DNA from: Candidatus Cloacimonadales bacterium
Lineage (GTDB): Bacteria; Cloacimonadota; Cloacimonadia; Cloacimonadales; JAIOQZ01
Assembly: GCA_963665815.1 (NCBI GenBank)
Contig: OY762463.1
Location: 3,520,001 to 3,584,000, forward strand
DNA: 64,000 nt
Direction of reading: 5' to 3'
This document shows, in pieces, positions 18,635 to 28,608 of the stretch; position 1 is the stretch's first letter; the number at the start of each line of letters is the position of its first letter. Below the pieces are notes generated by a model. That model was not told where the DNA came from. It searched no databases and worked only from the letters and a program-made list of their open reading frames with translations. The translations under genes and the position numbers were made by a program.

Positions 18635-18888
18635 TGCCTTCCAGAGCGTCTCATGTAGGTCATATTGCCGAAAGGACATGTGTTGCCTGCAGAAATAAAG
18701 GAACAATGCCTGAGATGCTGAAGTTTTCAGTAATTTCAGGAGAAATAGTATTTGATCTTTACAGGAAATTACCTGAAAAAGGTATGTATATTTGCAGAAA
18801 AGAGTCTTGCTTATCTGTACTTGAGTCTAAATGGCTGAAGAAATTTCTTAAGAAACTGAATCGCAATGAAAAATCTTCAAAAAATTAA
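18634..18888 (+). CDS. ylxR: YlxR (DUF448) RNA-binding protein
   Basis: ERTCVACR, G.YIC...C; position between nusA and infB. Confidence 0.85.
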   Translation: MPSRASHVGHIAERTCVACRNKGTMPEMLKFSVISGEIVFDLYRKLPEKGMYICRKESCLSVLESKWLKKFLKKLNRNEKSSKN

Positions 18889-19180
18889 AACTTTATTACA
18901 GTTTGCTCTTAAAGCAGGTAGATTGTCTATAGGAATTACTTCTGTAACAAAATCTGTGCTTTACAAGAAAGCAAGGCTTATAATCATTGCGTCAGACTGT
19001 GGAACTAACATTGATAAGAAACTGAATACGGTGCTAAAAAACGGCAAGGTAGATGTTTACCGGTCGAGTTCAGATAAAGACAGTCTGGGAAGTATATTGA
19101 ATTATAATGAAGTCAGTGTAGTTTCAGTTAATGATGAAAACTTTGCAAAAGGAATTTTGAAGAAAATTAAGAATGAATGA
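18866..19180 (+). CDS. L7Ae/L30e family protein
   Basis: A.KAGRL..G, LIIIASD, LGSIL; operon context. Confidence 0.88.
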   Translation: MKNLQKIKTLLQFALKAGRLSIGITSVTKSVLYKKARLIIIASDCGTNIDKKLNTVLKNGKVDVYRSSSDKDSLGSILNYNEVSVVSVNDENFAKGILKKIKNE

Positions 19181-19202
19181 ACGGAAGTGAATTGGAGGAA
19201 AA

Positions 19203-21830
19203 TTGCCACTCAGAGTACATGAATTAGCTAAAGAACTGAAAATATCAACAGCAGCATTAAGATCTCATTTACAGGACTTGAATGTGAAAGTAAAAAGTCA
19301 CATGAGTTTTGTTGATGATGATGTTGTATCTAAAATACGAAGAATGTATGCGGATCAAGTTGCTGCGATTAAGAAAATGGAGTCTTCCAGAAGACAATAT
19401 CATCATGGGCAAAAGCAGTCCAGATCAGGGCAATCTCCAAGAAATAGAAAACCTAAAGATCCCTTTCATAAACAATTGGACTCAATTGAGAAGGATATTA
19501 AAAGAGAGCCTTCCAATCAACCTTACAAACAGTATAATGATAATAGAAGACCTGATAACAGAAATGACAGACAGAAGAGTGATGGCGAGCAGATCAGAAC
19601 TTTTGTAGAAAAACCAATCAAGAAAAAAACAGGTCAAAGAGATTCAGGATTTCAGAAAAAAACTTACAATAATGATAGAGGCCCTCGTTCTAATCAGGGT
19701 TACTCAGGTAGAAATACAGGTGGTTCAGGCAGACCTCAATCATCACGTCCGAAACCAGATGGATTTAAGAAACCTTTTACTCCAAAACCTGTTCCAAAAA
19801 CAAGTTTTGAAAAAGTTACACCACCTGAAACGGATCTTTCCAGAAAGTTCGGTAAAGGTAAAAAAGTAGATACAAAAGAGCTTGGAAACAAAAGTAAACA
19901 CCTGCAGGCAAAAATCAAGCATACTACATCTAAAGGAAAGAGAAAGAAGAAATTCGTTCCTACTGAACTTGAAGCTGCAGAAATTACAAAAAATATCCGT
20001 CAAACTTTAAAACTGTCATCTTCTAAGAAGAAAAAATATAAGAAAGACGATAAAAAAACTTCAGATCAAAACATCTCGAAAGAAATCGTAATCAGTGATT
20101 TCACATCAGTTAGTGAATTGGCTAAGATAATGAATATTCAACCAACTGAAATTATTGCAAAATTCTTTTCACTCGGTCAAATGGTTACAATTAATCAGAG
20201 ACTGGACAAAGAATCTCTTGAGATGATCTGTGATGAATTTGAGTTTGAAGTATCATTCCAGGAAGAATATGGTACTGAATTGCTTGAAAAACAGATTGAT
20301 CTATTCGAAGATGTAGATGAAGAGGAAAGACCTCCTATCGTAACCATTATGGGTCACGTTGACCATGGTAAAACATCTATTCTTGACTATATCAGAAATG
20401 AAAATGTTATAGCCGGTGAGTCCGGTGGTATCACTCAGCACATTGGAGCATACCAGGTAGAATATAACGGAAAGAAGATTTCCTTTATTGATACTCCCGG
20501 TCACGAAGCTTTCACAGCAATGAGAGCTCGTGGAGCAAATATTACCGATATCGCGATCATTGTTGTAGCGGCAAATGATGGTGTTATGCCTCAGACAATT
20601 GAAGCAATTGACCATGCTAAAGCTGCAGGAGTAACTTTGATCATTGCTATCAACAAAGTAGATCTTCCAGATGCGAATGTGGATAGAACAATTGCCAACC
20701 TTGCAGAACAGAAACTTTTCCTTGAAGGATATGGTGGTGAGGTACTCTGGTGTCAAACTTCAGCTGTAACAGGCGAAGGTATAAATGATCTGCTTGATAC
20801 TATATTGCTTGCCTCTGAAGTTGAAGAACTTAAAGCAAAAGTGGATGTTCCCGGAAAAGGTGTTGTTATAGAATCAAGACTCGACTCCAGAATGGGTGTC
20901 ATAATGACTATTCTTCTTCAGGAAGGTATGCTGAAACGCGGAGACAGTGTTGTCTGTGGTGCTACTTTCGGAAAAGTAAGAAGAATGGAGAATGAACGTG
21001 GTTCTCAGATTAAAGAGATTGGACCATCTTCAGTTGCCGTTATTTATGGAATGAACTCTGTTCCTAAAGCTGGTGATATAATAAACAAAGTAGAAAATGA
21101 AAAAACTGCACGTTCTATCAGTTCTGAAAGAAAGCTGATTAGAAGTGAAAGAGAAAAATACAAGTCTAAAACAAGTCTGGATAACCTGTTCCAGAAAATT
21201 AAAGAACATAAGATGTCCGAAATTAAGCTTATTGTTAAAGCCGATACTGATGGATCTATGGAGGCTCTATGTGATTCGTTCCAGAAGCTTTCAAATGAGG
21301 AAGTGATGATTCAGATTATTCACAGATCAGTTGGTGCTGTAATTGAAGCAGATGTTAACCTTGCTGCTGCCTCTGATGCTATTATCATTGGTTTCCACGT
21401 GAGAGCAAACAGTCAGTCTATTAAGCTTGCTGAAGAGAACGGTATAGAAATCAAGACATATCAGATTATTTATGATGCGATCCAGGACCTGAAACATGCT
21501 ATAGAAGGTATGCTTTCCCCGGATATCGTTACTGAACATATTGGTACTGCAGAAGTAAAACAGATTTTCAAAATTAAGAAAATTGGTGTTATTGCAGGTT
21601 GTGCTATAACGAAAGGTCATATTACAAGTGAAGCTGATCTTAAGTTATTCAGAAATGATGCACTTGTCTATGAAGGTGATATTTCATCTCTCAAACACTA
21701 TAATGCGGACGTTAAAGAAGTTAAATCAGGTACTGAATGCGGTATTGGTATTCAGAATTTCAATGATATTAAAGAAGGCGATATAATAGAAGCTTATGTT
21801 TCAAAAGAAGTTCAGAGAACTCTTAGTTAG
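19203..21830 (+). CDS. infB: Translation initiation factor IF-2
   Basis: RVHELAKEL, GHVDHGKT, DTPGH, NKVD, ECGI. Confidence 0.99.
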   Translation: MPLRVHELAKELKISTAALRSHLQDLNVKVKSHMSFVDDDVVSKIRRMYADQVAAIKKMESSRRQYHHGQKQSRSGQSPRNRKPKDPFHKQLDSIEKDIKREPSNQPYKQYNDNRRPDNRNDRQKSDGEQIRTFVEKPIKKKTGQRDSGFQKKTYNNDRGPRSNQGYSGRNTGGSGRPQSSRPKPDGFKKPFTPKPVPKTSFEKVTPPETDLSRKFGKGKKVDTKELGNKSKHLQAKIKHTTSKGKRKKKFVPTELEAAEITKNIRQTLKLSSSKKKKYKKDDKKTSDQNISKEIVISDFTSVSELAKIMNIQPTEIIAKFFSLGQMVTINQRLDKESLEMICDEFEFEVSFQEEYGTELLEKQIDLFEDVDEEERPPIVTIMGHVDHGKTSILDYIRNENVIAGESGGITQHIGAYQVEYNGKKISFIDTPGHEAFTAMRARGANITDIAIIVVAANDGVMPQTIEAIDHAKAAGVTLIIAINKVDLPDANVDRTIANLAEQKLFLEGYGGEVLWCQTSAVTGEGINDLLDTILLASEVEELKAKVDVPGKGVVIESRLDSRMGVIMTILLQEGMLKRGDSVVCGATFGKVRRMENERGSQIKEIGPSSVAVIYGMNSVPKAGDIINKVENEKTARSISSERKLIRSEREKYKSKTSLDNLFQKIKEHKMSEIKLIVKADTDGSMEALCDSFQKLSNEEVMIQIIHRSVGAVIEADVNLAAASDAIIIGFHVRANSQSIKLAEENGIEIKTYQIIYDAIQDLKHAIEGMLSPDIVTEHIGTAEVKQIFKIKKIGVIAGCAITKGHITSEADLKLFRNDALVYEGDISSLKHYNADVKEVKSGTECGIGIQNFNDIKEGDIIEAYVSKEVQRTLS

Positions 21831-21910
21831 ACGGCACATTTGTGCCGTTTAACGGCTTTTGATACTTCCCTTTTCTATGTCACAACTATTGCCTGTATAG
21901 AAGGTTTATT

Positions 21911-22288
21911 ATGCCAAGTATCAGAATACAGAGACTCCAGAGTGAGTTAAAAAAACTGTTTAATATTACAATTAACGAAACTATCAGAGATGAGCGACTT
22001 TCCTGGGTAACGGTCACAGAAGTTGCAATGTCAAAAGATCTGCATTATGCAAGAGTAAGTTTCAGTACAATGGAAGATGATGAAAAAACTAATGCAAGAG
22101 TTTGTAGATTATTAACTTCTGCTTCAGGAGTTTTCAAGAAAGCAATTGGGAGTGCTCATATTATGCGTACTATACCTGAGCTTACATTTGTGTACGATCA
22201 AACCGGTGCCAGAGCAAGAAAAGTTGAAGAGCTTCTTGATAGAATTAAAAGAGAAAGAGAAGAAAGAGAAGACAATGATTCTGAATAA
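21911..22288 (+). CDS. rbfA: Ribosome-binding factor A
   Basis: VTVTEV..SKDL..A.V, P.L.F.YD. Confidence 0.95.
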   Translation: MPSIRIQRLQSELKKLFNITINETIRDERLSWVTVTEVAMSKDLHYARVSFSTMEDDEKTNARVCRLLTSASGVFKKAIGSAHIMRTIPELTFVYDQTGARARKVEELLDRIKREREEREDNDSE

Positions 22289-23258
22289 TATAAGTGACCT
22301 TAAAGCAAAATTTGTTCAGGCAATTGAAGAACATGAGTCAATTGGTATTGTAACACATATAAATCCTGATGGTGATGGTTTTGCTGCTTGTCTTGCTTTA
22401 AAAAAACTGCTTAAAGACTTTAATAAAAAAACAGATATTATACTTGAAAAAGAGATTACCGAGCAATACGATTTTATTGATGGTAATAAAGAATCTATTA
22501 CAATGAATGATAGTTTAAGCTATACACTGCTTATATTGCTTGATTGTCATGAATCCAAAAGAATTGGAATCTGCTCTCCGCTTGTAGACAAGGCAGAGGC
22601 AGTTTTTGCAATTGATCATCACCCATTGCGTGAAGAAATAGCCAATAGCTATACTTATATAGATACTGATTCTGCCAGTGTTGGTGTTATTGTCTGGAAT
22701 TTATTCAGGGAGAAGATTGCGGAATCTGAAAATGCTGTCTATATTGCTAAAGCAATTTATACAACAATATTGAATGATACAGATAACTTTCTTAATGCTA
22801 ATACTGATTCTGCCGTGTTTAATATTTGCAGTGATTTGTGTAAGTTTGATATTAAACCGGGGGAAATAACCAGACATTTCATTATGGGAAAAAAACCGAT
22901 GGAATTGAAATTCATTGGTAAAGTAATGAATACAATTGAGATGCATAATAAAAACAGAATAATGTTTCTGGTTTCAACCAGGCATGACCTTGATGAACTG
23001 GATCTTGATTCTCATGCGACATCCAAGATAACAAGATGGGTTAAAGGTGCCAGAGATGTAATTGCAGTTGTTTATTTTAGAGAAATTGCAGAAGATACAT
23101 ACCGACTAAGTCTCAGAACAGAAACTCTGAATGTGAATAAAATTGCAGTTTCATATGGTGGTGGAGGTCATGTAAGAGCTTCCGGCTGTGAGATTAAAGG
23201 TAAACTCGAAGATGTTAAAAAAGACATTTTGAAGTCTTTGAACGAACAGATAGACTAA
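22275..23258 (+). CDS. nrnA: DHH/DHHA1 oligoribonuclease/pAp phosphatase
   Basis: H.NPDGD, IDHH, GGGGHVRASG; start at MILNN overlapping the rbfA end. Confidence 0.9.
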   Translation: MILNNISDLKAKFVQAIEEHESIGIVTHINPDGDGFAACLALKKLLKDFNKKTDIILEKEITEQYDFIDGNKESITMNDSLSYTLLILLDCHESKRIGICSPLVDKAEAVFAIDHHPLREEIANSYTYIDTDSASVGVIVWNLFREKIAESENAVYIAKAIYTTILNDTDNFLNANTDSAVFNICSDLCKFDIKPGEITRHFIMGKKPMELKFIGKVMNTIEMHNKNRIMFLVSTRHDLDELDLDSHATSKITRWVKGARDVIAVVYFREIAEDTYRLSLRTETLNVNKIAVSYGGGGHVRASGCEIKGKLEDVKKDILKSLNEQID

Positions 23259-23259
23259 G

Positions 23260-24123
23260 ATGAAAGCAGGATTTATTGTTATAGATAAACCGGAAGGTAT
23301 ATCTTCGTTTGATGTAATACGCAAAATCAGAAGAATTACCGGAATTAGAAAATTTGGGCATACAGGGACTCTTGATCCATTTGCAACCGGGATTTTACCA
23401 TTACTTTTCGGAAAGTATACCAGACTTGCTCAATTCATTTCACATCTTGATAAAAGCTATGAAGTTACTATGAAGCTGGGGATTAAAACGGATACTGCTG
23501 ACATAACAGGAAATATAATTGTAAGCTGTGACGATCCTATAGAAGCAATTGATGCGCAGGCTTTAACAGAATTTGTTGAAGGCATCAAAAAGCAAATTCC
23601 ACCAAAGTATTCTGCGATTAAAATCGATGGCAAAGCAGCTTACAAATATGCCCGAGAAAATAAAGAGATAGATATTCCTGAACGTGATATAACAGTATAC
23701 AATTTTACATTAGTAGATTATCATTATCCATACCTTAAATACGTTGCTTCGGTTAGCAAAGGAACCTATATAAGAACATTGTCTGAATCGATTGGTGAGT
23801 TTCTTGGTGTACCTGCAACAACATCTGGTCTCAGAAGAATTGTTGTTGGAGACATCGGTATCGAAGCAGCTGTCAGACTTGAGGATCTTGATGAAGAAAC
23901 CTGGGAGAAGTATCTGATGAATCCTGTTGAGTATATGTCTGATCTGGAAAAAATCATTGTCTCTGATGCTGAACTGGAAAAACTTAAGTATGGGCAGAAG
24001 ATTCAAATAAGTGCACTTGACAAAAATAACTGCAAGTATGCAGTTTTGGATAAAAATAATCAGGTATGTGCTATTGGAGTTGTAAAAGACTCTTTTTTTA
24101 AGCCGGAAATGGTTTTTATATGA
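23260..24123 (+). CDS. truB: tRNA pseudouridine(55) synthase
   Basis: GHTGTLDPFATG, PPKYSAIK, SKGTYIR. Confidence 0.97.
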   Translation: MKAGFIVIDKPEGISSFDVIRKIRRITGIRKFGHTGTLDPFATGILPLLFGKYTRLAQFISHLDKSYEVTMKLGIKTDTADITGNIIVSCDDPIEAIDAQALTEFVEGIKKQIPPKYSAIKIDGKAAYKYARENKEIDIPERDITVYNFTLVDYHYPYLKYVASVSKGTYIRTLSESIGEFLGVPATTSGLRRIVVGDIGIEAAVRLEDLDEETWEKYLMNPVEYMSDLEKIIVSDAELEKLKYGQKIQISALDKNNCKYAVLDKNNQVCAIGVVKDSFFKPEMVFI

Positions 24124-25055
24124 TTCAGGATATCTATAAACATGAATTTCATAATCCCGTTGTGACTATGGGGACATTTGATGGTGTTCATAAAGGACAT
24201 CAACATCTTCTTGAACAGGTAAAAATGCATGCTGACAAAATTAACGGAAATTCTATTGCAATTACTTATTATCATCATCCTCTTGAAACACTTAATAAAG
24301 TTACATTTCCTTATCTGCTCACAGAAAAATCCAGAAAAGAAGCACTACTGAAGTCCTATGGAATTGATAAAGTGTTTTTCCTTAACTTCACAAAAGAAAT
24401 GGCTGGAATGACTGCATATGACTTCCTGAGGGATATCCTGATCAAACATATTAATCCAAAAGTTATTGTTGCAGGTTATGACACTCACTTTGGATTGAAC
24501 AGAGAAGGCAATTACGATTTTTTGAAAAAACATGAAGCTGACTTTAACTACAATGCTGAAATAGTAGAACAGTTTTGTGTGAATAAGGAAGTCGCAAGCA
24601 GCAGTAATATAAGAGAGCATATAAGAACAGGGGATATGGAATCTGCCAAAGCTTTACTCGGACGTTACTATACTCTTGACGGTATTGTTGTTCATGGCAT
24701 GAGTCTGGGGCGTGAGCTTGGTTTCCCAACAATCAATATTCATCCTGAAGATGACATGAAACTGATCCCGCATACAGGTATCTATTTTACCAAAGTGAGA
24801 TTCTCAGATAAGGAATTCTTTGCTCTGGCAAACATTGGCTATTCTCCAACAATTAAACATACCGGAATAGTTGAACTCGAAGCTTATCTTCTTGATTTTT
24901 CAGGAGATCTTTATGATAAAAATGTTGAGATAAGTTTTTTGAAAAGACTCAGAGATGAAATTGAGTTTAAAAACCAGGATGAATTAATTGACCAGATTAA
25001 ACTTGATGTTGTTGAAGCAAGAAAGTTAATTGCTGAGATTAATCGTCATAACTGA
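24120..25055 (+). CDS. ribF: Riboflavin kinase/FAD synthetase
   Basis: GTFDGVHKGH, SSS.IR, GRELGFPT.N. Confidence 0.97.
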   Translation: MIQDIYKHEFHNPVVTMGTFDGVHKGHQHLLEQVKMHADKINGNSIAITYYHHPLETLNKVTFPYLLTEKSRKEALLKSYGIDKVFFLNFTKEMAGMTAYDFLRDILIKHINPKVIVAGYDTHFGLNREGNYDFLKKHEADFNYNAEIVEQFCVNKEVASSSNIREHIRTGDMESAKALLGRYYTLDGIVVHGMSLGRELGFPTINIHPEDDMKLIPHTGIYFTKVRFSDKEFFALANIGYSPTIKHTGIVELEAYLLDFSGDLYDKNVEISFLKRLRDEIEFKNQDELIDQIKLDVVEARKLIAEINRHN

Positions 25056-25347
25056 AAAAGAAAAGTACAGCTCCCCATAAACATTGCAGAAACGAATATT
25101 TTCTTCTACAATCTTTAAACATTCTATACATACCCCGAGGTGAATAAATATTCACATTGTTTTGTCTCTCAAGATTTATTTTACGCTGATAAATCTCTGT
25201 TCTCGTAGACCACTCAATAGCTCCATCTTCTCCATGTTTATAGGGAATATAACCTTGGTCAATATACGCTTTTTTTTCTGCCGGATTCATTCTTACATCT
25301 TTGGGGTCAAGAATAATTATATCATCATGTTTCTTCTGAGGAGACAT
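25039..25347 (-). CDS. Small hypothetical protein
   Basis: GGAG SD; 102 aa; convergent with and slightly overlapping ribF. Confidence 0.5.
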   Translation of the reverse strand: MSPQKKHDDIIILDPKDVRMNPAEKKAYIDQGYIPYKHGEDGAIEWSTRTEIYQRKINLERQNNVNIYSPRGMYRMFKDCRRKYSFLQCLWGAVLFFFSYDD

Positions 25348-25499
25348 GTATACTCCATGTTAAGTATTTTGATCATAATGTATACTTTCATGTAAAATTG
25401 TCAAACAATAAATATCATCCAGAATGCGATTAGGTCAGAAATGTCTCAAAATCAACACACATATTGATTAAGTTGTAAATAGTAAATCCTTAATTACAA

Positions 25500-25526
25500 A
25501 GAGTCCATCAAAATTCGATGGACTCT
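25500..25526 (-). terminator. Hairpin after trxA
   Basis: AGAGTCCATC / GATGGACTCT perfect stem. Confidence 0.7.
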
Positions 25527-25553
25527 GTTGTAAAGTGATTGCAAACTATGAGT

Positions 25554-25901
25554 TTATAACAGTATGCTATCTATTGATGATTTTAGCTGTTCCTTAGGTA
25601 ACGCACCCATTGCCATCTGAGGTTTCCCTTCTTTAGGAATGAACAACAAAGATGGGATACTTCTTATTCCAAAAGCCCCGGCAAGTTCCTGCTGTTCCTC
25701 AGTATTTACCTTAAATATGTCGATTTTACCTTCATACTCCTGAGATAATTCCTCAAGTACAGGAGCTATCATTTTGCAAGGTCCGCACCAGTCTGCATAA
25801 AAATCGATTAAACATGGTTTTTCACCAATGAATTTCCAGTCTTCGCTATTCTCATAATCAAATATCTTTTTGATGAATGTTTCTTTTGTTAAGTGTTCCA
25901 T
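25554..25901 (-). CDS. trxA: Thioredoxin
   Basis: DFYADWCGPCK, IRSIP; no signal peptide. Confidence 0.95.
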   Translation of the reverse strand: MEHLTKETFIKKIFDYENSEDWKFIGEKPCLIDFYADWCGPCKMIAPVLEELSQEYEGKIDIFKVNTEEQQELAGAFGIRSIPSLLFIPKEGKPQMAMGALPKEQLKSSIDSILL

Positions 25902-25929
25902 GATTTCTCCTTAAATATCCTTTTTAAAG

Positions 25930-25957
25930 ATTATAACTCTAAACTTGATAATGTCAA
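25930..25957 (-). promoter_or_regulatory. Sigma-70-type promoter for trxA
   Basis: Minus strand TTGACA-N16-TATAAT. Confidence 0.6.
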
Positions 25958-25989
25958 ATATTATTTTTAATAATTATAACTATTATTAA

Positions 25990-26979
25990 TTATCTGTCAC
26001 CTGTAAATCGAAAGAGTGCGCCGGATGTCTCTTCATTAATACCAAAAGCATATTTGTTTAACTGCTGTTGCACTGCTTCCAGCGGGAATCCTTTTTTCAC
26101 TGCAATAATAAATGAAGTACTGTTTAATTCTTCAATAACTACATCTTCTAAGGTTGACTCTGTGAATATAATAGAGTTTTCTAAATCCTTGAAGCTCACA
26201 GTGTCATTTATTGTTTTTATTTCGATGTTTCTACCAGTCTCTGCACTGAGCATTTTTTGCAGTTCCTTGAAATACCCCTGATTATCCTCAGCATATACAA
26301 GTATGTTTCGTTTCGTTTCAAAAACGCTGATTTGCTCAATATAATTCATAGGTGGAGCAGGATTAAAGTATTTCACAAGTCCTGTGATACCAAGAATTGT
26401 ATATATTACAGCAACGAGCAATGCGGCATATCTGGCGTATTTTTTGATAATGTGAATTTTGGTTAGTACGTTAACAAATGCGAGTGGGAGCAGGAAAAGT
26501 GATGTACTGATGAAAAATCCAAAGAAAAGAAGCATTCCATTAATCACACCTCCGATATCAAGTACACGTGAAAGAGCTATAAGGAATGACGGGCAGAAAT
26601 TTATCCCGGTCAGAATACCTAACAGAAAAGCGCTTTTGGAAATTTTGGCAATTTTCGGTACAGCACATTTTTTATGTTCATTGTGAGTTCTGTATGTTGT
26701 CAGCAAGAGATATGCAGAGAGCAATATGTAGGCTATTGACGTATACAATGATCTGTTTGTTCCGGAAATAACAGATCCGGTAAAACCTGCTAATGCTCCA
26801 AAAGTAAGGTATGAGAAAAATCTACCGGCGGAGATTTCTACAACAGCCATTATACTGCTGCTTATCTTTCTGTCTTCTGTCAGAAGGTAGGGAAGGTAAA
26901 TCGGTGCACAGGATGCAAGGCATGTTGCTCCTGTTGCAAAGCCGAAGAACAGTCCTTCAAATAATATTCCGAACTGCAT
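25990..26979 (-). CDS. CcdA/DsbD_2 (TauE-like) membrane protein with a soluble C-terminal domain
   Basis: About 6 TM helices with membrane Cys motifs TCLASCAP and NFCP; ~120 aa hydrophilic tail. Confidence 0.7.
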   Translation of the reverse strand: MQFGILFEGLFFGFATGATCLASCAPIYLPYLLTEDRKISSSIMAVVEISAGRFFSYLTFGALAGFTGSVISGTNRSLYTSIAYILLSAYLLLTTYRTHNEHKKCAVPKIAKISKSAFLLGILTGINFCPSFLIALSRVLDIGGVINGMLLFFGFFISTSLFLLPLAFVNVLTKIHIIKKYARYAALLVAVIYTILGITGLVKYFNPAPPMNYIEQISVFETKRNILVYAEDNQGYFKELQKMLSAETGRNIEIKTINDTVSFKDLENSIIFTESTLEDVVIEELNSTSFIIAVKKGFPLEAVQQQLNKYAFGINEETSGALFRFTGDR

Positions 26980-26984
26980 AATTT

Positions 26985-28115
26985 TTACCAGATATACAAG
27001 ATACTTACAGTATGAGTTTGTGTATCATCCAATTCAGAATAATTTTCCATACTGAAATTGTAGTTAAGGTAAGTGGAATTATTCAGAAATTTAAATCTTA
27101 AACCACCATGAAGCTCATTTTCAGTTTCAATGTTTACACCATAAAAGTATCTGTATTCAGTGTGAAGCGTTAGTAATGTTATGGGGTACTCAACTTTAAG
27201 CTTAATGTATCCCTGCTCATCTACAGTATAATACTTAGTACCTGCCTGAATAAGTGCCAGATCATTATCATCTGTATAGAACAGGTTTCGCTGCAGGATT
27301 GTTTCGATAAATGATGTTCCCCAGAGCAGTTCATCATCTTCCTTAATCATGCGAGTCTGGAATCTGTTTACGGAAAGCCAGTCCTGACTGAGCTTAAACA
27401 GATGTCTCACATTAAAATATCCATGGATTCTATTGTTTTCATAGCCATCTGAAACATCGTATATCGCCGAGACAGTGCTCTTGAGAAAATGCTGATGATT
27501 GAAGCTCAAGAAAAGCTCTGCTCCAAGCTCGTTCATAATATAGTTATAATCTGAGTTGTCATTTAAATCATTGAATGACTGAATACGGAAAAAAGGTTTC
27601 AGTTTCTCATGTTTAATGTACTGCATCTTCATGTCGATAAGCTGATCACTTTCTATATGTTCATCATTCTCAAGTGCAAGACGACGCATATCTAAGTTCA
27701 TATCCAAGCTGACAGTTTCTCTGAAATTACTGCTCAAGCTGAATCCGCCATACAATTGATTTTCCTGTTTCATTGCTTCAGGAATACCGCTGATATGGAT
27801 TTCCTTGTTATTATCAAAATAACCTTCTGCACCCACATAAGCGCTGAAAGAAAATATTTTGGAATATCTGGACAAAGCAACTGTGTTTTTCAGATAGTTA
27901 TTATAGTATGATCCATTAAATTCATCATTAGCATTGTATTTCAATAATGTAACATTACTAATATTAATGGATTTATATTTTAATTTTGCATAATTCTCAA
28001 CTCTCATGATAGAATCATCATTGTCAGAGGAGTTATATTCAATTTTCACCTGATTCTGAAACCCTGAAAGAAGGAATGGCATAATGATGATCAGTATTAT
28101 AAGTATTTTTCTCAT
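26985..28115 (-). CDS. Predicted outer-membrane beta-barrel protein
   Basis: Signal peptide; alternating strands (FSFSAYVG, LHGGLRFKF, YLNYNFS); C-terminal VSILYIW. Confidence 0.6.
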   Translation of the reverse strand: MRKILIILIIIMPFLLSGFQNQVKIEYNSSDNDDSIMRVENYAKLKYKSINISNVTLLKYNANDEFNGSYYNNYLKNTVALSRYSKIFSFSAYVGAEGYFDNNKEIHISGIPEAMKQENQLYGGFSLSSNFRETVSLDMNLDMRRLALENDEHIESDQLIDMKMQYIKHEKLKPFFRIQSFNDLNDNSDYNYIMNELGAELFLSFNHQHFLKSTVSAIYDVSDGYENNRIHGYFNVRHLFKLSQDWLSVNRFQTRMIKEDDELLWGTSFIETILQRNLFYTDDNDLALIQAGTKYYTVDEQGYIKLKVEYPITLLTLHTEYRYFYGVNIETENELHGGLRFKFLNNSTYLNYNFSMENYSELDDTQTHTVSILYIW

Positions 28116-28357
28116 CTTATAGCCTCCTCAGGACATTTTGTCACACAATCACCGCATTGCTTGCATTTCGACTGGATTATTGAAGCTTTCCCGTTTGTAA
28201 TTACAATTGCATCATGGGGACAGGCATCTCTGCACTTTCCACAGGATATACATGCATCCTTGTCTATGGAATATTCAAATGATGTTGCTTTTTTACAACC
28301 TGCAAAAACAGCGAACACGAATGAAAGAGCTAAGAATATATAGAGGGCTTTTCTCAT
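28112..28357 (-). CDS. 2[4Fe-4S] ferredoxin lipoprotein
   Basis: MRKALY...FAGC lipobox; CISCGKCRDACP and CKQCGDCVTKCP; ATGA overlaps with both neighbours. Confidence 0.85.
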   Translation of the reverse strand: MRKALYIFLALSFVFAVFAGCKKATSFEYSIDKDACISCGKCRDACPHDAIVITNGKASIIQSKCKQCGDCVTKCPEEAIR

Positions 28358-28599
28358 TTTATTGCTCCGAATGTACATGTTGTAAGACAGAGTTTACAGT
28401 TGATGCATTTCTCTGTGTCAATCACAGCTTTGCCTTCTGATACTGTTATTGCCTTTACCGGGCATACTGTCTGGCAGTCTCCACATCCGGCACAGTCTGA
28501 CTGTATAACGATCGGTTTTTTATCTTCAGATTTCGCATTACCTGCAAAAACGATGAAAACCAGAGAGAGTAAAAATATTATTATAAATGTTTTCTTCAT
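28354..28599 (-). CDS. Exported 2[4Fe-4S] ferredoxin
   Basis: MKKTF...VFA signal peptide; CAGCGDCQTVCP and CINCKLCLTTC. Confidence 0.85.
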   Translation of the reverse strand: MKKTFIIIFLLSLVFIVFAGNAKSEDKKPIVIQSDCAGCGDCQTVCPVKAITVSEGKAVIDTEKCINCKLCLTTCTFGAIK

Positions 28600-28608
28600 A
28601 TTCCCTTC

